Origin: an uncultured Actinomycetes bacterium
Lineage (GTDB): Bacteria > Actinomycetota > Actinomycetes > Nanopelagicales > Nanopelagicaceae
DNA: 64,000 nt
Direction: 5' to 3'
Assembly: GCA_964406345.1 (NCBI GenBank)
Contig: CAYORK010000001.1
Location: 88,183-152,182, forward strand
The notes below the pieces were generated by a model, which saw only the letters and a list, made by a program, of their open reading frames with translations, searched no databases and was not told where the DNA came from. Numbering within the stretch: position 1 is the first letter of the stretch; every line of letters begins with the position of its first letter. Below, in pieces: positions 9,402 to 17,920 of the stretch. Both the position numbers and the translations under genes were made by a program.

Positions 9402-9500
9402 TTTTCTCTCCCAAAAGTCTGCATTACCAGACTGGTCTTACGGTCGGCCCATTTTGGACCCTCTCAGCCAACTTTTGGCTCCCGTTCTCCGAGAAGGTTA
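9402..9500 (-). promoter_or_regulatory. Candidate TPP (THI-box) riboswitch in the pnuC leader
   Basis: The minus-strand RNA reads ...CCUUCUCGGAGAACGGGAGCCAAAAGUUGGCUGAGAGGGUCCAAAAUGGGCCGACCGUAAGACCAGUCUGGUAAUGCAGACUUUUGGGAGAGAAAAAUG. It aligns by eye to E. coli thiM: GGGAGC plus a P3 hairpin, CUGAGA, ACCG, then ACCAGUCUGGUAAUGCAGAC versus ACCUGAUCUGGAUAAUGCCAGCG, then GGGA. The 5' UUCUC can pair with GAGAA inside the SD. Confidence 0.55.
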
Positions 9501-9510
9501 GCATCCCGAC

Positions 9511-9849
9511 ATGGATCGCTATGGGTATCTCGCCATGATCCTCTTTACAGTCTTCGGATCCTTCTGGCTGGAGATCGTCCTGAAGACTCGCGTCCTGGTT
9601 CGTATCAGGCGCGCACTCCTTGCAATCCTCCCAATCTCCACCATATTCCTGATCTGGGACTTCTATGCCGTGAGCCGCGGTCATTGGGATTTCGATGCTG
9701 CACAAACGCTCGGGATCAACGGTCCACTGGAGATTCCCCTTGAAGAGTTCCTCTTCTTTCTCGTCGTACCGATGGCAGGGATATTGACCCTTGAGGCCGT
9801 GAGGAATGTGAAGAAGAAGTGGATCGTCGGCGATGAGGTGGAGCGATGA
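9511..9849 (+). CDS. crtYc: Lycopene cyclase domain protein, heterodimeric cyclase subunit
   Basis: 112 aa, 3 TM helices, PLEE motif (EIPLEEFLFF). Paired with a second small subunit. Confidence 0.85.
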   Translation: MDRYGYLAMILFTVFGSFWLEIVLKTRVLVRIRRALLAILPISTIFLIWDFYAVSRGHWDFDAAQTLGINGPLEIPLEEFLFFLVVPMAGILTLEAVRNVKKKWIVGDEVER

Positions 9850-10148
9850 CCTACACCGAGCTAGTCCTATTCGCCATTCTCTTCACCGTGATCAATGACC
9901 TATATATCTTGCGGACCCGGTTGCTTACCCGAAAGGTCTTTTGGACTTCCTATGCGATCATCGTCTTCTTCCAACTCATCACCAACGGTTGGCTGACCTA
10001 CAACGAGATAGTGATCTACTCCGATGACATGATCACTGGATTGCGCATCGCATTCGCGCCGATCGAGGACCTCGGATTTGGCTTCGCCTTGGTCACCAAT
10101 GTCATGGCACTCTGGGTCTTCTGGGGGCGCCGCGGCATCAGGAGCTGA
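9846..10148 (+). CDS. crtYd: Lycopene cyclase domain protein, heterodimeric cyclase subunit
   Basis: 100 aa, PIED motif (FAPIEDLGFGF). ATGA overlap with crtYc. Confidence 0.85.
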   Translation: MTYTELVLFAILFTVINDLYILRTRLLTRKVFWTSYAIIVFFQLITNGWLTYNEIVIYSDDMITGLRIAFAPIEDLGFGFALVTNVMALWVFWGRRGIRS

Positions 10149-10161
10149 GCGCGAGGATCGT

Positions 10162-11079
10162 TTACTTCCAAAGTTTGCGCATCTGCCACCAGGCGGGCAG
10201 TGCGACTGCGACTCTTCTCATCATCGAGGTCTTCGCCCGCTTGTTGAAGACCTGGTAATCGATCCGCTCCACCTCATCGACGATGCCGCAGTAGAGCTCA
10301 CTAGCGGCTTTGATGCAACCGTGCGACTCAGGTGTGAGGTGATGGATGGTCTTATCTGCCTCGGCCTGAAGTGAGCGGACTCGTGCGATCTGATACCGCA
10401 TCACTTCGACGAAGTCGCTATCGACGGTGCGCCGCTCGAGTCGTTCTCGGTCAATCCCGAAGCGAGCGAGTTCATCAAGTGGGAGATAGACCCGACCGCG
10501 ATCGAGATCCTCACCCACATCGCGGATGAAGTTGGCAAGTTGGAATGCGATGCCGAGGCTCTTGGCGCCCTCAAGAGTCGCCTGGAAGTTCGCACCATCA
10601 CGAACGCCAAGTACGTGGACCATCTGCAAGCCGATCACGGCAGCAGAACCATAGACATACTCCGAGAGCGCCCCATAGTCGCGATACTCCGTGACGGTGA
10701 GGTCCATCGCCATGGAGTGGAGGAAGGCCTCGAAGTACTCGGTCGGTATCGACCAACGATTGACGGTATCGATGAGGGCCCGTCCGATCTCGTCATCGGA
10801 TCGCCCGGAGCGAAGGTCTTCGAGTATCTGTCTACTCCAACCTTCGAGCCAGGAACGCTTCTCATTGGGAGTCAGCGTCGAGGCGAGGTCATCGACGATC
10901 TCGTCTGCGTATCTGGCAAAGCCATAGAGAGCATGGACGTAAGGACGTTTCTCTGGTGGCAAGAGTCGAGTCGCCAGGAAGTAAGTCTTTCCATGACGGG
11001 CATTGAGGTCTCGACAGGCGAGATAGGAGCGTTGGAGATCCGGATCAGTGATCCCTGCGCGAGTGAGCTCTGCAGACAC
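10162..11079 (-). CDS. crtB: Phytoene synthase
   Basis: Asp-rich motifs ARYADEIVDD and RDVGEDLDRGR. The start was moved to the GTG at 11079, 2 nt after the crtI stop. The 371-aa track ORF extends into crtI and is not credible. Confidence 0.9.
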   Translation of the reverse strand: MSAELTRAGITDPDLQRSYLACRDLNARHGKTYFLATRLLPPEKRPYVHALYGFARYADEIVDDLASTLTPNEKRSWLEGWSRQILEDLRSGRSDDEIGRALIDTVNRWSIPTEYFEAFLHSMAMDLTVTEYRDYGALSEYVYGSAAVIGLQMVHVLGVRDGANFQATLEGAKSLGIAFQLANFIRDVGEDLDRGRVYLPLDELARFGIDRERLERRTVDSDFVEVMRYQIARVRSLQAEADKTIHHLTPESHGCIKAASELYCGIVDEVERIDYQVFNKRAKTSMMRRVAVALPAWWQMRKLWK

Positions 11080-11081
11080 CT

Positions 11082-12566
11082 TTAGATGATTCTCTCCGCT
11101 GCGAGTTTTCCAGAGATCAGCACCATAGGCACACCGACTCCAGGTTGTGTCCCAGATCCCGCAAAGACGATGTTCTCGTAGCCCTTCGCCATATTCCGAG
11201 GCCTGAAGGGACCAGTTTGGAAGAAGGTATGTGCGCTGGCGAAAGGTGCGCCACGTTCCATTCCCATCGCTTCCCATTCCAATGGAGTGGTGATCTCTTC
11301 GACTTCGATCGACTCTGCGAACTCTGGATAGCCACGGCTCTCTAAGGAGCGCAACATGCTCTCACGGTAACTCTTCTTCGCCGTCCGCCAATCGATATCG
11401 GCATCGAGGTTGGGTGTCGGGAAGAGGACGTAATAGGAGTGTTTTCCTGGTGGAGCCAATTCAGGATCATCATGCGAGGGGACGGTGACCAAGAAGCTTG
11501 GATCGCTCATCAACTCCTGCTTCTCGATGAGTTGATCGAAGACGCCATCCCAGTCGTGACCGAAGTGGATGTTGTGATGGGCGACATGGTCGTACTTCTT
11601 CGAGGATCCGATCAACATCGTCACTGCGGAGGGCGAGTAACGCAATCTCTTCAATCGTGGCGGCACATGACCTAGTAACTCACGCCATGCCACCGGTAGA
11701 TCAGGGTTGAGGATCAGCGCATCACACTCATAGCGCTCGCCATTGGCTGTGAGCGCCGCTGTCGCTCTGCCGTTCTTCCGCTCGATCCCGACGACTTTGC
11801 TCTCATACTTGATCGTGACGCCATGCTTTTGGGCCGCGGCAGCAAGGGCGCGCGGCAGGGCATGCATGCCACCTTTCGGGAAGAAGACACCGGCCACTGA
11901 ATCCATATAGGCGATCACGGCATAGATGGCGAGAGCCTGTTGTGGGCTGACTCCCGCATACATCGCTTGGAAGGAGTAGACGCGTTGTGTCCTTGGATCC
12001 TTGAGGAAGTCGCTTACTCGTGGTGCGAGACGCCTGAAACCACCTATTGCGACCAATCGCGCGAGATTGGGAGTGAGTAGGTCGAAAGGAGTGTCGATGT
12101 TGCGGTCGATGAAGTCGTTCATCTCGTACTTGTAGAGCTTGGTGACGAAGTCGACGTAGCGACGATAACCATCTGCCTCATCGCCTCCGATGACCTTGGC
12201 GATCTCCGCTTCCATCTGCTTCGTATCTGCATGGACATCGAGCTGCGATCCATCGGCATAGAAGGCGCGATAGAGCGGTGAGACTGGCATCAACTCCAGC
12301 CAATCCTTGGTGGTCTCACCGACTGCATTGAAGGCGTCTTCGATCAGATCCGGCATAGTCAGCACTGTCGGTCCGGTGTCGAATCGATAGCCATCCTTCA
12401 GTAGGAGACCGTTGCGCCCTCCAGGAACTGATTCGCGTTCCAGGATCGTCACTTCACGACCTTCGCCCGCGAGAAGAAGTGCAGCGCTCAAACCGGCAAG
12501 GCCGGCGCCAACGATCACGATGCGATCGGTCGCTCCTTTGACTTTGCGGATGCGATCTCGTCTCAC
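11082..12566 (-). CDS. crtI: Phytoene desaturase
   Basis: 494 aa, N-terminal FAD fold IVIVGAGLAGLSAALLLAGEGREVTILERESVPGGR, CrtI-length protein next to crtB. Confidence 0.9.
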   Translation of the reverse strand: MRRDRIRKVKGATDRIVIVGAGLAGLSAALLLAGEGREVTILERESVPGGRNGLLLKDGYRFDTGPTVLTMPDLIEDAFNAVGETTKDWLELMPVSPLYRAFYADGSQLDVHADTKQMEAEIAKVIGGDEADGYRRYVDFVTKLYKYEMNDFIDRNIDTPFDLLTPNLARLVAIGGFRRLAPRVSDFLKDPRTQRVYSFQAMYAGVSPQQALAIYAVIAYMDSVAGVFFPKGGMHALPRALAAAAQKHGVTIKYESKVVGIERKNGRATAALTANGERYECDALILNPDLPVAWRELLGHVPPRLKRLRYSPSAVTMLIGSSKKYDHVAHHNIHFGHDWDGVFDQLIEKQELMSDPSFLVTVPSHDDPELAPPGKHSYYVLFPTPNLDADIDWRTAKKSYRESMLRSLESRGYPEFAESIEVEEITTPLEWEAMGMERGAPFASAHTFFQTGPFRPRNMAKGYENIVFAGSGTQPGVGVPMVLISGKLAAERII

Positions 12567-12588
12567 TCTTGAGCCTCTCGTCGATAGA

Positions 12589-13671
12589 TCAATTGGAGCG
12601 ATGGAGCGCCATCTGCGCCATGGTCCGAAGGAGCGGCTTTGCTTCCTCGGCGATGGCGCTCGAAGAGAGAGCCTCTTCAGCTTGCTCGGCGCGGTCGCTA
12701 ATCATCTCCTCGACTCGGGTCAGCGCGCCACTTGAGATGATCGCTTCACGAATCCGCTCTATTCTCGCTGGGTCGAGATGAGGATCGCCCAATGCGGAGA
12801 AGATCTCGGAGTCACGGCTTCCTTTGACCGCCAAAGCGATCAGGACGGTTCGCTTACCTTCACGGAGGTCATCACCGGCAGGTTTGCCGGTCTGCTCTGG
12901 GTCACCGAAGACTCCAAGGATGTCATCGCGAAGTTGGAATGCCTCGCCGATAGGGATGCCATACCGAGAGAGCGCAACGAGCGCTTCATCGCTGCCATGC
13001 GAGAGGCGCGCGCCAAAATGAAGTGGACGCTCGATGGAGTACTTGCCTGACTTGTACTTGGCGACCTTGAGTGAGCGATCGGCATCGACCGTCGCAAGCG
13101 ATTGTTCGTGGACATCGAGATATTGACCTGCCATCAACTCGACGCGAAGTTCATCGTAGATCGGTAGTACTGAGAGGAGGCGATCGGAGCCTACGCCGGA
13201 TCGATGCAAGACAAGGTCGGCCCAGATCAGCGCCAGGTCACCGAGGAGGATCGCGCTCGCTTCTCCGTACTTTGCACTATCCCCAGAGAGATGTGCCTCT
13301 CGATGCATTGCCTCGAAGCGCCTATGGATCGAAGGATTGCCTCGTCGAGTATCTGAACCATCCATGACATCGTCATGGATCAGTGCGCAGGCATGGAGGA
13401 ACTCAAGGGATGCGACCGCTTTGATTGTGGCGCGATCTGGTTCGATCCCGGTGACCGCCATCGAACCGATGGCACCAAGGAGTGGGCGAAAACGCTTTCC
13501 GCCATCGATAAGGAAGCTCTGCATGGCGCTCGAGACCGGAAGGAGTTCGGGGCCTATCGAATCGATGTATGAGCCGGCATCGTCGAGTAAGGAAGTGATC
13601 TCTTCATCGATCTGACTTCGGAATGTGGCGATGAGAGAGCGCGCATTCACCGCCTCGTCAGAAGAAGACAC
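12589..13671 (-). CDS. idsA: Polyprenyl (geranylgeranyl) diphosphate synthase
   Basis: 360 aa with FARM LIHDDVMDGSDTRRG and SARM FQLRDDILG. GTG start; an alternative GTG lies at 13650. Backbone neighbour of metF, as in mycobacteria. Confidence 0.85.
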   Translation of the reverse strand: MSSSDEAVNARSLIATFRSQIDEEITSLLDDAGSYIDSIGPELLPVSSAMQSFLIDGGKRFRPLLGAIGSMAVTGIEPDRATIKAVASLEFLHACALIHDDVMDGSDTRRGNPSIHRRFEAMHREAHLSGDSAKYGEASAILLGDLALIWADLVLHRSGVGSDRLLSVLPIYDELRVELMAGQYLDVHEQSLATVDADRSLKVAKYKSGKYSIERPLHFGARLSHGSDEALVALSRYGIPIGEAFQLRDDILGVFGDPEQTGKPAGDDLREGKRTVLIALAVKGSRDSEIFSALGDPHLDPARIERIREAIISSGALTRVEEMISDRAEQAEEALSSSAIAEEAKPLLRTMAQMALHRSN

Positions 13672-13675
13672 TAAG

Positions 13676-13691
13676 GTGAGGGTACCCTCAC
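13676..13691. repeat. 16-bp perfect palindrome GTGAGGGTACCCTCAC in the 25-nt idsA/metF divergent spacer
   Basis: Read directly from the sequence. The function (operator or SD-occluding hairpin) is not established. Confidence 0.9.
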
Positions 13692-13696
13692 CGACT

Positions 13697-14575
13697 ATGG
13701 ATTTCAGCCTTCTTCAGGCTTCTCGCGCTACATCGAAGCCGACCTTCTCGGTGGAGTTCTTCCCACCGAAGGATGAGGCCGGCGAGCAGAGATTGTGGGA
13801 CTCGCTCTCGCTCCTGGCGGAGAAAGACCCTGATTTCGTAAGTGTCACCTACGGTGCAGGTGGCAGTACTAGGGATCGAACCATTCGTATCACCGCTGAG
13901 ATCACGGCAGGCACTTCCATTCCGACCGTGGCGCACCTGACCTGCGTGGGTGCGACTCGTAGCGAAGTTGATGCCATCCTCACCCGTTACAAAGAGAGTG
14001 GAATTGCCACGATCCTCGCACTTCGTGGCGATCCACCAGGCGGTCCAAGTGCCGAATGGATCCAGACACCGAATGGTTTCCATCATGCTGATCAACTCGT
14101 GGAGTTGGCGGTTGAACGAGGATTCACTGTCGGCGTGGCGGCATTCCCAGATGGACATCCCGCATCAGGAGGGGAGACGGCGCGAGATGTCGATGTCCTG
14201 GTTCGGAAGTTCGAACTGGGCGCATCCTTCGCCACCACCCAATTCTTCTTCGATGTGAGTAAGTACCAGGAACTTCGCGACCGTCTCTCCGCCAAGGGGG
14301 TGGATCGTCCGCTCATCGCGGGCATCTTGCCGATCACCAACTTCAAGCAGTTGATACGGATGGCCGAACTCGGTGGCACTCCATTGCCGAAGGTCGTGAT
14401 CGATCGCATCTCGCGATTCCAGGATGATCCCGACTCATTGCGCAAGGAGGGGATCGAGATCGCCTCCGAACTCGCTTCGGACCTCATCGGAGTCGGTGCG
14501 CCGGGCCTTCACTTCTATACGATGAACTCAGCGCACTCCACGATGGAGATTACCGCGCGAATCGGACTTCGATGA
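13697..14575 (+). CDS. metF: Methylenetetrahydrofolate reductase
   Basis: MTHFR blocks FSVEFFPPK, VSVTYGAGGSTR and HLTCVG. The start was set at ATG 13697, because the track start at 13625 would overlap idsA. Confidence 0.9.
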   Translation: MDFSLLQASRATSKPTFSVEFFPPKDEAGEQRLWDSLSLLAEKDPDFVSVTYGAGGSTRDRTIRITAEITAGTSIPTVAHLTCVGATRSEVDAILTRYKESGIATILALRGDPPGGPSAEWIQTPNGFHHADQLVELAVERGFTVGVAAFPDGHPASGGETARDVDVLVRKFELGASFATTQFFFDVSKYQELRDRLSAKGVDRPLIAGILPITNFKQLIRMAELGGTPLPKVVIDRISRFQDDPDSLRKEGIEIASELASDLIGVGAPGLHFYTMNSAHSTMEITARIGLR

Positions 14576-15267
14576 TGATGCGTGAGGAATTCTTCGACCG
14601 CTGGAGCGAAGTGCACGGTGGCGCAGAGATCAAAGGGATCGTGCGATGGTGGCTCTCGATCTCATTTCGAGTCGCCTCACTCCTTCGACATTTGAAGGTC
14701 ACTGCGAATTCGATGACCGTATTCGGTGTGATCATCGCTCTCTTGTTGATCGTGGCTCTTCGGGATGAAGGAAGCGAGCAAGCCGCGCCACTCCTCATCG
14801 CAGCACTCCTTTTGGTGATCTCGCTGGCAGCAGATGGTGTCGATGGTTCGCTTGCCCTCTTGACCGGCCATGTGAGTAGAAGGGGGGCCGCGCTCGATGC
14901 CATCGCAGATCGCCTTGCAGAGTCCTTCTGGGCCTTTGCCTTCATCCAGATCGGTGCCGACTATCGCGTCGTCGTCATGGCATGGCTCATGGCTCAGACT
15001 CAGGAGTACATCAGAGCGCGGCTCGGCGGACTTGGCGTCAGTGAGATCGGTGTCGTCACGGTGAGCGAGAGGCCGGTGCGTGCGTCCTTTCTTGCTGTGG
15101 CTCTAGTCATCGCATTGATCTACGCAGCATCGGGCGCTGGAGAGATTCTCGCCGTCACGCTCACATCCGCAGTGACGATCATCGCCGCGCTCTGGCTGCT
15201 CTTGCAGACGATCGCGTTAGGGCAACTCTCTCGATTCGCGATACATTCAACGATTGATCTGCGCTGA
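14572..15267 (+). CDS. CDP-alcohol phosphatidyltransferase family protein
   Basis: 231 aa, multi-TM. The signature DG-x2-A-L-x8-G-x3-D-x3-D (DGSLALLTGHVSRRGAALDAIAD) has L at the usual R position. The start overlaps the metF stop. Confidence 0.8.
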   Translation: MMMREEFFDRWSEVHGGAEIKGIVRWWLSISFRVASLLRHLKVTANSMTVFGVIIALLLIVALRDEGSEQAAPLLIAALLLVISLAADGVDGSLALLTGHVSRRGAALDAIADRLAESFWAFAFIQIGADYRVVVMAWLMAQTQEYIRARLGGLGVSEIGVVTVSERPVRASFLAVALVIALIYAASGAGEILAVTLTSAVTIIAALWLLLQTIALGQLSRFAIHSTIDLR

Positions 15268-16788
15268 GATCGCATCTGCGACGATCTCACCACTGAGTCC
15301 GACCAAAGGCAATCCACCACCTGGATGAGCTGAACCGCCGACGTTATAGAGGCCGGCAAGTCGGGAGACATTGGGTGCGCGCCGGAAAGCAGCACGGATC
15401 CCATTGCTTGAGGGGCCATAGATGGAGCCACCTTCACTGCCGTAGTCATTCTCGATATCGAGGGGAGTACGGAACTTCTTCACGACGATGCGGTCACGGA
15501 AATCAATTCCAATCCGATCGACGAGGATCTCGATGATCCTGTCACCATAGTCTCGAGCTACGGCCTCATCACTCCAATCGAAACCGCCCTGAGGTTGATG
15601 ACGTGGTGCATTGACGAGGATGAAGAGATTCTCGCCGCCTTCACTCGGCACCATCGCTGGGTCATCTGGCGAGCATATGTAGATGGTCGGATCCGTGACC
15701 GGGATCTTCTCTTCGAAGATCTGATCGAATTCACGGTCATAGTCGGCGGGGAAGAAGACAGTGTGATGGGCTTGAAGCAACCGCTGCTTCGAGGGCTTGA
15801 GGCCAAGGAGAAGTGAGAAGCCAGAGAGTGAGGGAGTGGTGCGATTGATGTTTCGTCGTTCGCCAGCGGTCTTCTCTTCCTTCGAACCATCAATTGCCAG
15901 CATCCCGTTGTAAAGGCGATAGGCATCCACATTTGAGATCACTGCATCCACTTTGATCTCGCGGCCGCCTTCAAGGGCAATTCCTGTCACTTTCGCTCGG
16001 TCGTGGAGGATCCTCGTCACGGGAGAGCAGAGTTCGATCGTGACTCCACGCTCTCTCGCCCGCGCCTCAACTTTCTCTACCAAACGTCCAAGTCCGCCAC
16101 GGATGTGCCAAGCACCAAAGGCCTCCTCTACGAATGCGATGGTGAGTAAGACCGCGGGCACTTTCCGTGGATCAGATCCGGTATAGGTGGCATAGCGATC
16201 GATGATGTAGCGAAGACGTCGATCGCTCAATCGCTTTTCTGTGAATTTTCGCAAGGTGGTGAAGGGAGCGATAGTCGAGAGGTCTCTAATGACCTTCCCT
16301 CGACGTATCAATTTCGGAACTGATGGCAATGCCCGTTCCACGAAATCTGTCCTAGATGCTTGCCACATCCTTGCTGCTCGCTCGAGAAGCGAGCCCCATT
16401 CCTGGCCAGCTCGCTCTCCGAATGCATTGGATATCTCTGTGACAGCTCGATTACGCGAAAGGTTGGGTAGTTGTAGTCGACTTCCATCTGCGAAGTGATA
16501 ATCGAATGCGGGGTCCAATCCGACGAGGTCTAGGTCGACACCACGTCCTGTCTTCATGAAGAAGTCGCGATAGACAGCAGGGAGAGTGAGTAGCGACGGT
16601 CCAGTGTCGAATCCAAATCCATCAATCCACTCGGTGTGACACTTTCCCCCGACGCGGTCACTCTTCTCATAGATGGTGACGCGATGTCCTCGGTGCGCGA
16701 GGCGAGCTGCGACGGTCAAGCCACCGACGCCAGCACCGATCACCGCGATATCGAGGGTGCGAGAATCTCTTCTCTGATGACTCATCAT
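15247..16788 (-). CDS. Phytoene-desaturase-family FAD oxidoreductase (CrtD-like carotenoid desaturase)
   Basis: 513 aa, IAVIGAGVGGLTVAARLAHRGHRVTIYEKSDRVGGK, CrtI/CrtD-family length. The 3' end overlaps the convergent CDP-alcohol transferase gene by 21 nt. Confidence 0.8.
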   Translation of the reverse strand: MMSHQRRDSRTLDIAVIGAGVGGLTVAARLAHRGHRVTIYEKSDRVGGKCHTEWIDGFGFDTGPSLLTLPAVYRDFFMKTGRGVDLDLVGLDPAFDYHFADGSRLQLPNLSRNRAVTEISNAFGERAGQEWGSLLERAARMWQASRTDFVERALPSVPKLIRRGKVIRDLSTIAPFTTLRKFTEKRLSDRRLRYIIDRYATYTGSDPRKVPAVLLTIAFVEEAFGAWHIRGGLGRLVEKVEARARERGVTIELCSPVTRILHDRAKVTGIALEGGREIKVDAVISNVDAYRLYNGMLAIDGSKEEKTAGERRNINRTTPSLSGFSLLLGLKPSKQRLLQAHHTVFFPADYDREFDQIFEEKIPVTDPTIYICSPDDPAMVPSEGGENLFILVNAPRHQPQGGFDWSDEAVARDYGDRIIEILVDRIGIDFRDRIVVKKFRTPLDIENDYGSEGGSIYGPSSNGIRAAFRRAPNVSRLAGLYNVGGSAHPGGGLPLVGLSGEIVADAISAQINR

Positions 16789-17900
16789 GTGGCGATCGCT
16801 CTATCTCGCCAGGTCAAGGCCCCTGCTCGTTTCAATCTGAAGGATCGAAAGACCAAATAGAGAAGGAGAGCCACGCTGAGTGGATGAAGTAGAAAGCTTT
16901 GCCAGAACGATGCAGTGCGAAGCGCTGCAATGAGACGCGAGAGTGAGATGGCGAAGAAGGCGATCCAACCCCATGCAGCTCCCAGGATCCCGGCGACGAG
17001 TGGTAACCATGAGGTCGTAACCATGAGAAGGAGTGCGACTGCGGCACCTAATGGTGAGCCGAATGCGCGCCAGAGGGATTTGCTGTAGCCATCGATCAGT
17101 TCCTGGCTCGACTCGTACATCCTGCAATGTGCGATAGCGCTGCCATCGACCACGGAACCTGCGAAACCTGCCTGCCACAATCTCCTTGCGAGTTCGATGT
17201 CCTCTAGGACTTCACCCTTGACGGATTCGAAACCACCGATCGAAGAGAGCGCTTCTCTAGTGACGACGAAGAACTGGCCATTTGCCACCGCCATGGATGG
17301 GAGACGAAGCTTCGCAGCAAGACGTAGTGGCACCGATGCGAACCATGACCACTGCAAGAGCGGTTGGATGACTCGCTCCAAGAAAGTCACTGCCACCTGT
17401 CTCGGATAGGGCGAGATCCACTCCCATTCGTTACTTTCCATCGTCGATATCGCCGCTGAGATCGCCCCGGGTTCGAGCCGCACATCAGCGTCGATGAAGA
17501 CGAGGTACCGACCTGTGGAGACTTGGAATAGCCGCTCTTGTGCAGCAGGTTTTCCGAGCCAGCCTGCAGGAGGATTTTGACCTTCGAGGACCTTCAGTTC
17601 CTTGATCCTCTCTTTAGCGAGAGCGAGGAGTTGGCCGGTCTCATCGGAGGATTGATCATCGATTGCGATCACTTCCCAGGTCGATCGCTCTTTCTCATCC
17701 TGAAGGCTTCGCTGCAATGAATCCGCGAGTGGCGGGACATTACGTGCTTCATTGCGCAGCGGGATCATCAGCGAGACGCCAGCAGTCCATTGCCCTGGTG
17801 GAAGCTTGGCGCGCCAGATGGTGAGTGCATTGAGCAGAGTGAGGGAGAGCGCGAGAAGGCAGAGGGTCAGGATCGCGACCTGGAAGATGAATGGCTCCAC
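16785..17900 (-). CDS. Family 2 glycosyltransferase (carotenoid glycosyltransferase candidate)
   Basis: IAIDDQSSDE and DxD (FIDADV) motifs, N-terminal and C-terminal TM helices. The start was set at GTG 17900. The longer track ORF overlaps the upstream gene. Confidence 0.8.
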   Translation of the reverse strand: MEPFIFQVAILTLCLLALSLTLLNALTIWRAKLPPGQWTAGVSLMIPLRNEARNVPPLADSLQRSLQDEKERSTWEVIAIDDQSSDETGQLLALAKERIKELKVLEGQNPPAGWLGKPAAQERLFQVSTGRYLVFIDADVRLEPGAISAAISTMESNEWEWISPYPRQVAVTFLERVIQPLLQWSWFASVPLRLAAKLRLPSMAVANGQFFVVTREALSSIGGFESVKGEVLEDIELARRLWQAGFAGSVVDGSAIAHCRMYESSQELIDGYSKSLWRAFGSPLGAAVALLLMVTTSWLPLVAGILGAAWGWIAFFAISLSRLIAALRTASFWQSFLLHPLSVALLLYLVFRSFRLKRAGALTWRDRAIAT

Positions 17901-17920
17901 GTTACCGATTACTTCATCCC

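Noticed and set aside
9402-9510. An NAD+-responsive element (pnuC-motif/NAD+-II riboswitch or an NrtR/NiaR operator) upstream of pnuC.
   Set aside because: I could not recognise those motifs. The leader instead shows the CUGAGA ... CUGGUAAUGCAG ... GGGA order typical of TPP aptamers. This is kept as an alternative to be excluded by cmsearch.
10162-11277. N-terminal extensions suggested by the ORF track for crtB. The same issue affects GT2 16785-18233, the 5'-nucleotidase to 24257, mraZ from 32403, murC from 44007, ftsZ from 46351, the DksA-like gene from 52904, lspA from 53767, rluD from 54242, hisA from 62627, metF from 13625, ybaK to 20784 and dinB from 27971.
   Set aside because: The longest-ORF starts run deep into the upstream gene. 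Conserved N-termini, SD sequences and stop/start coupling (ATGA, TGATG) support the shorter starts reported in the features.
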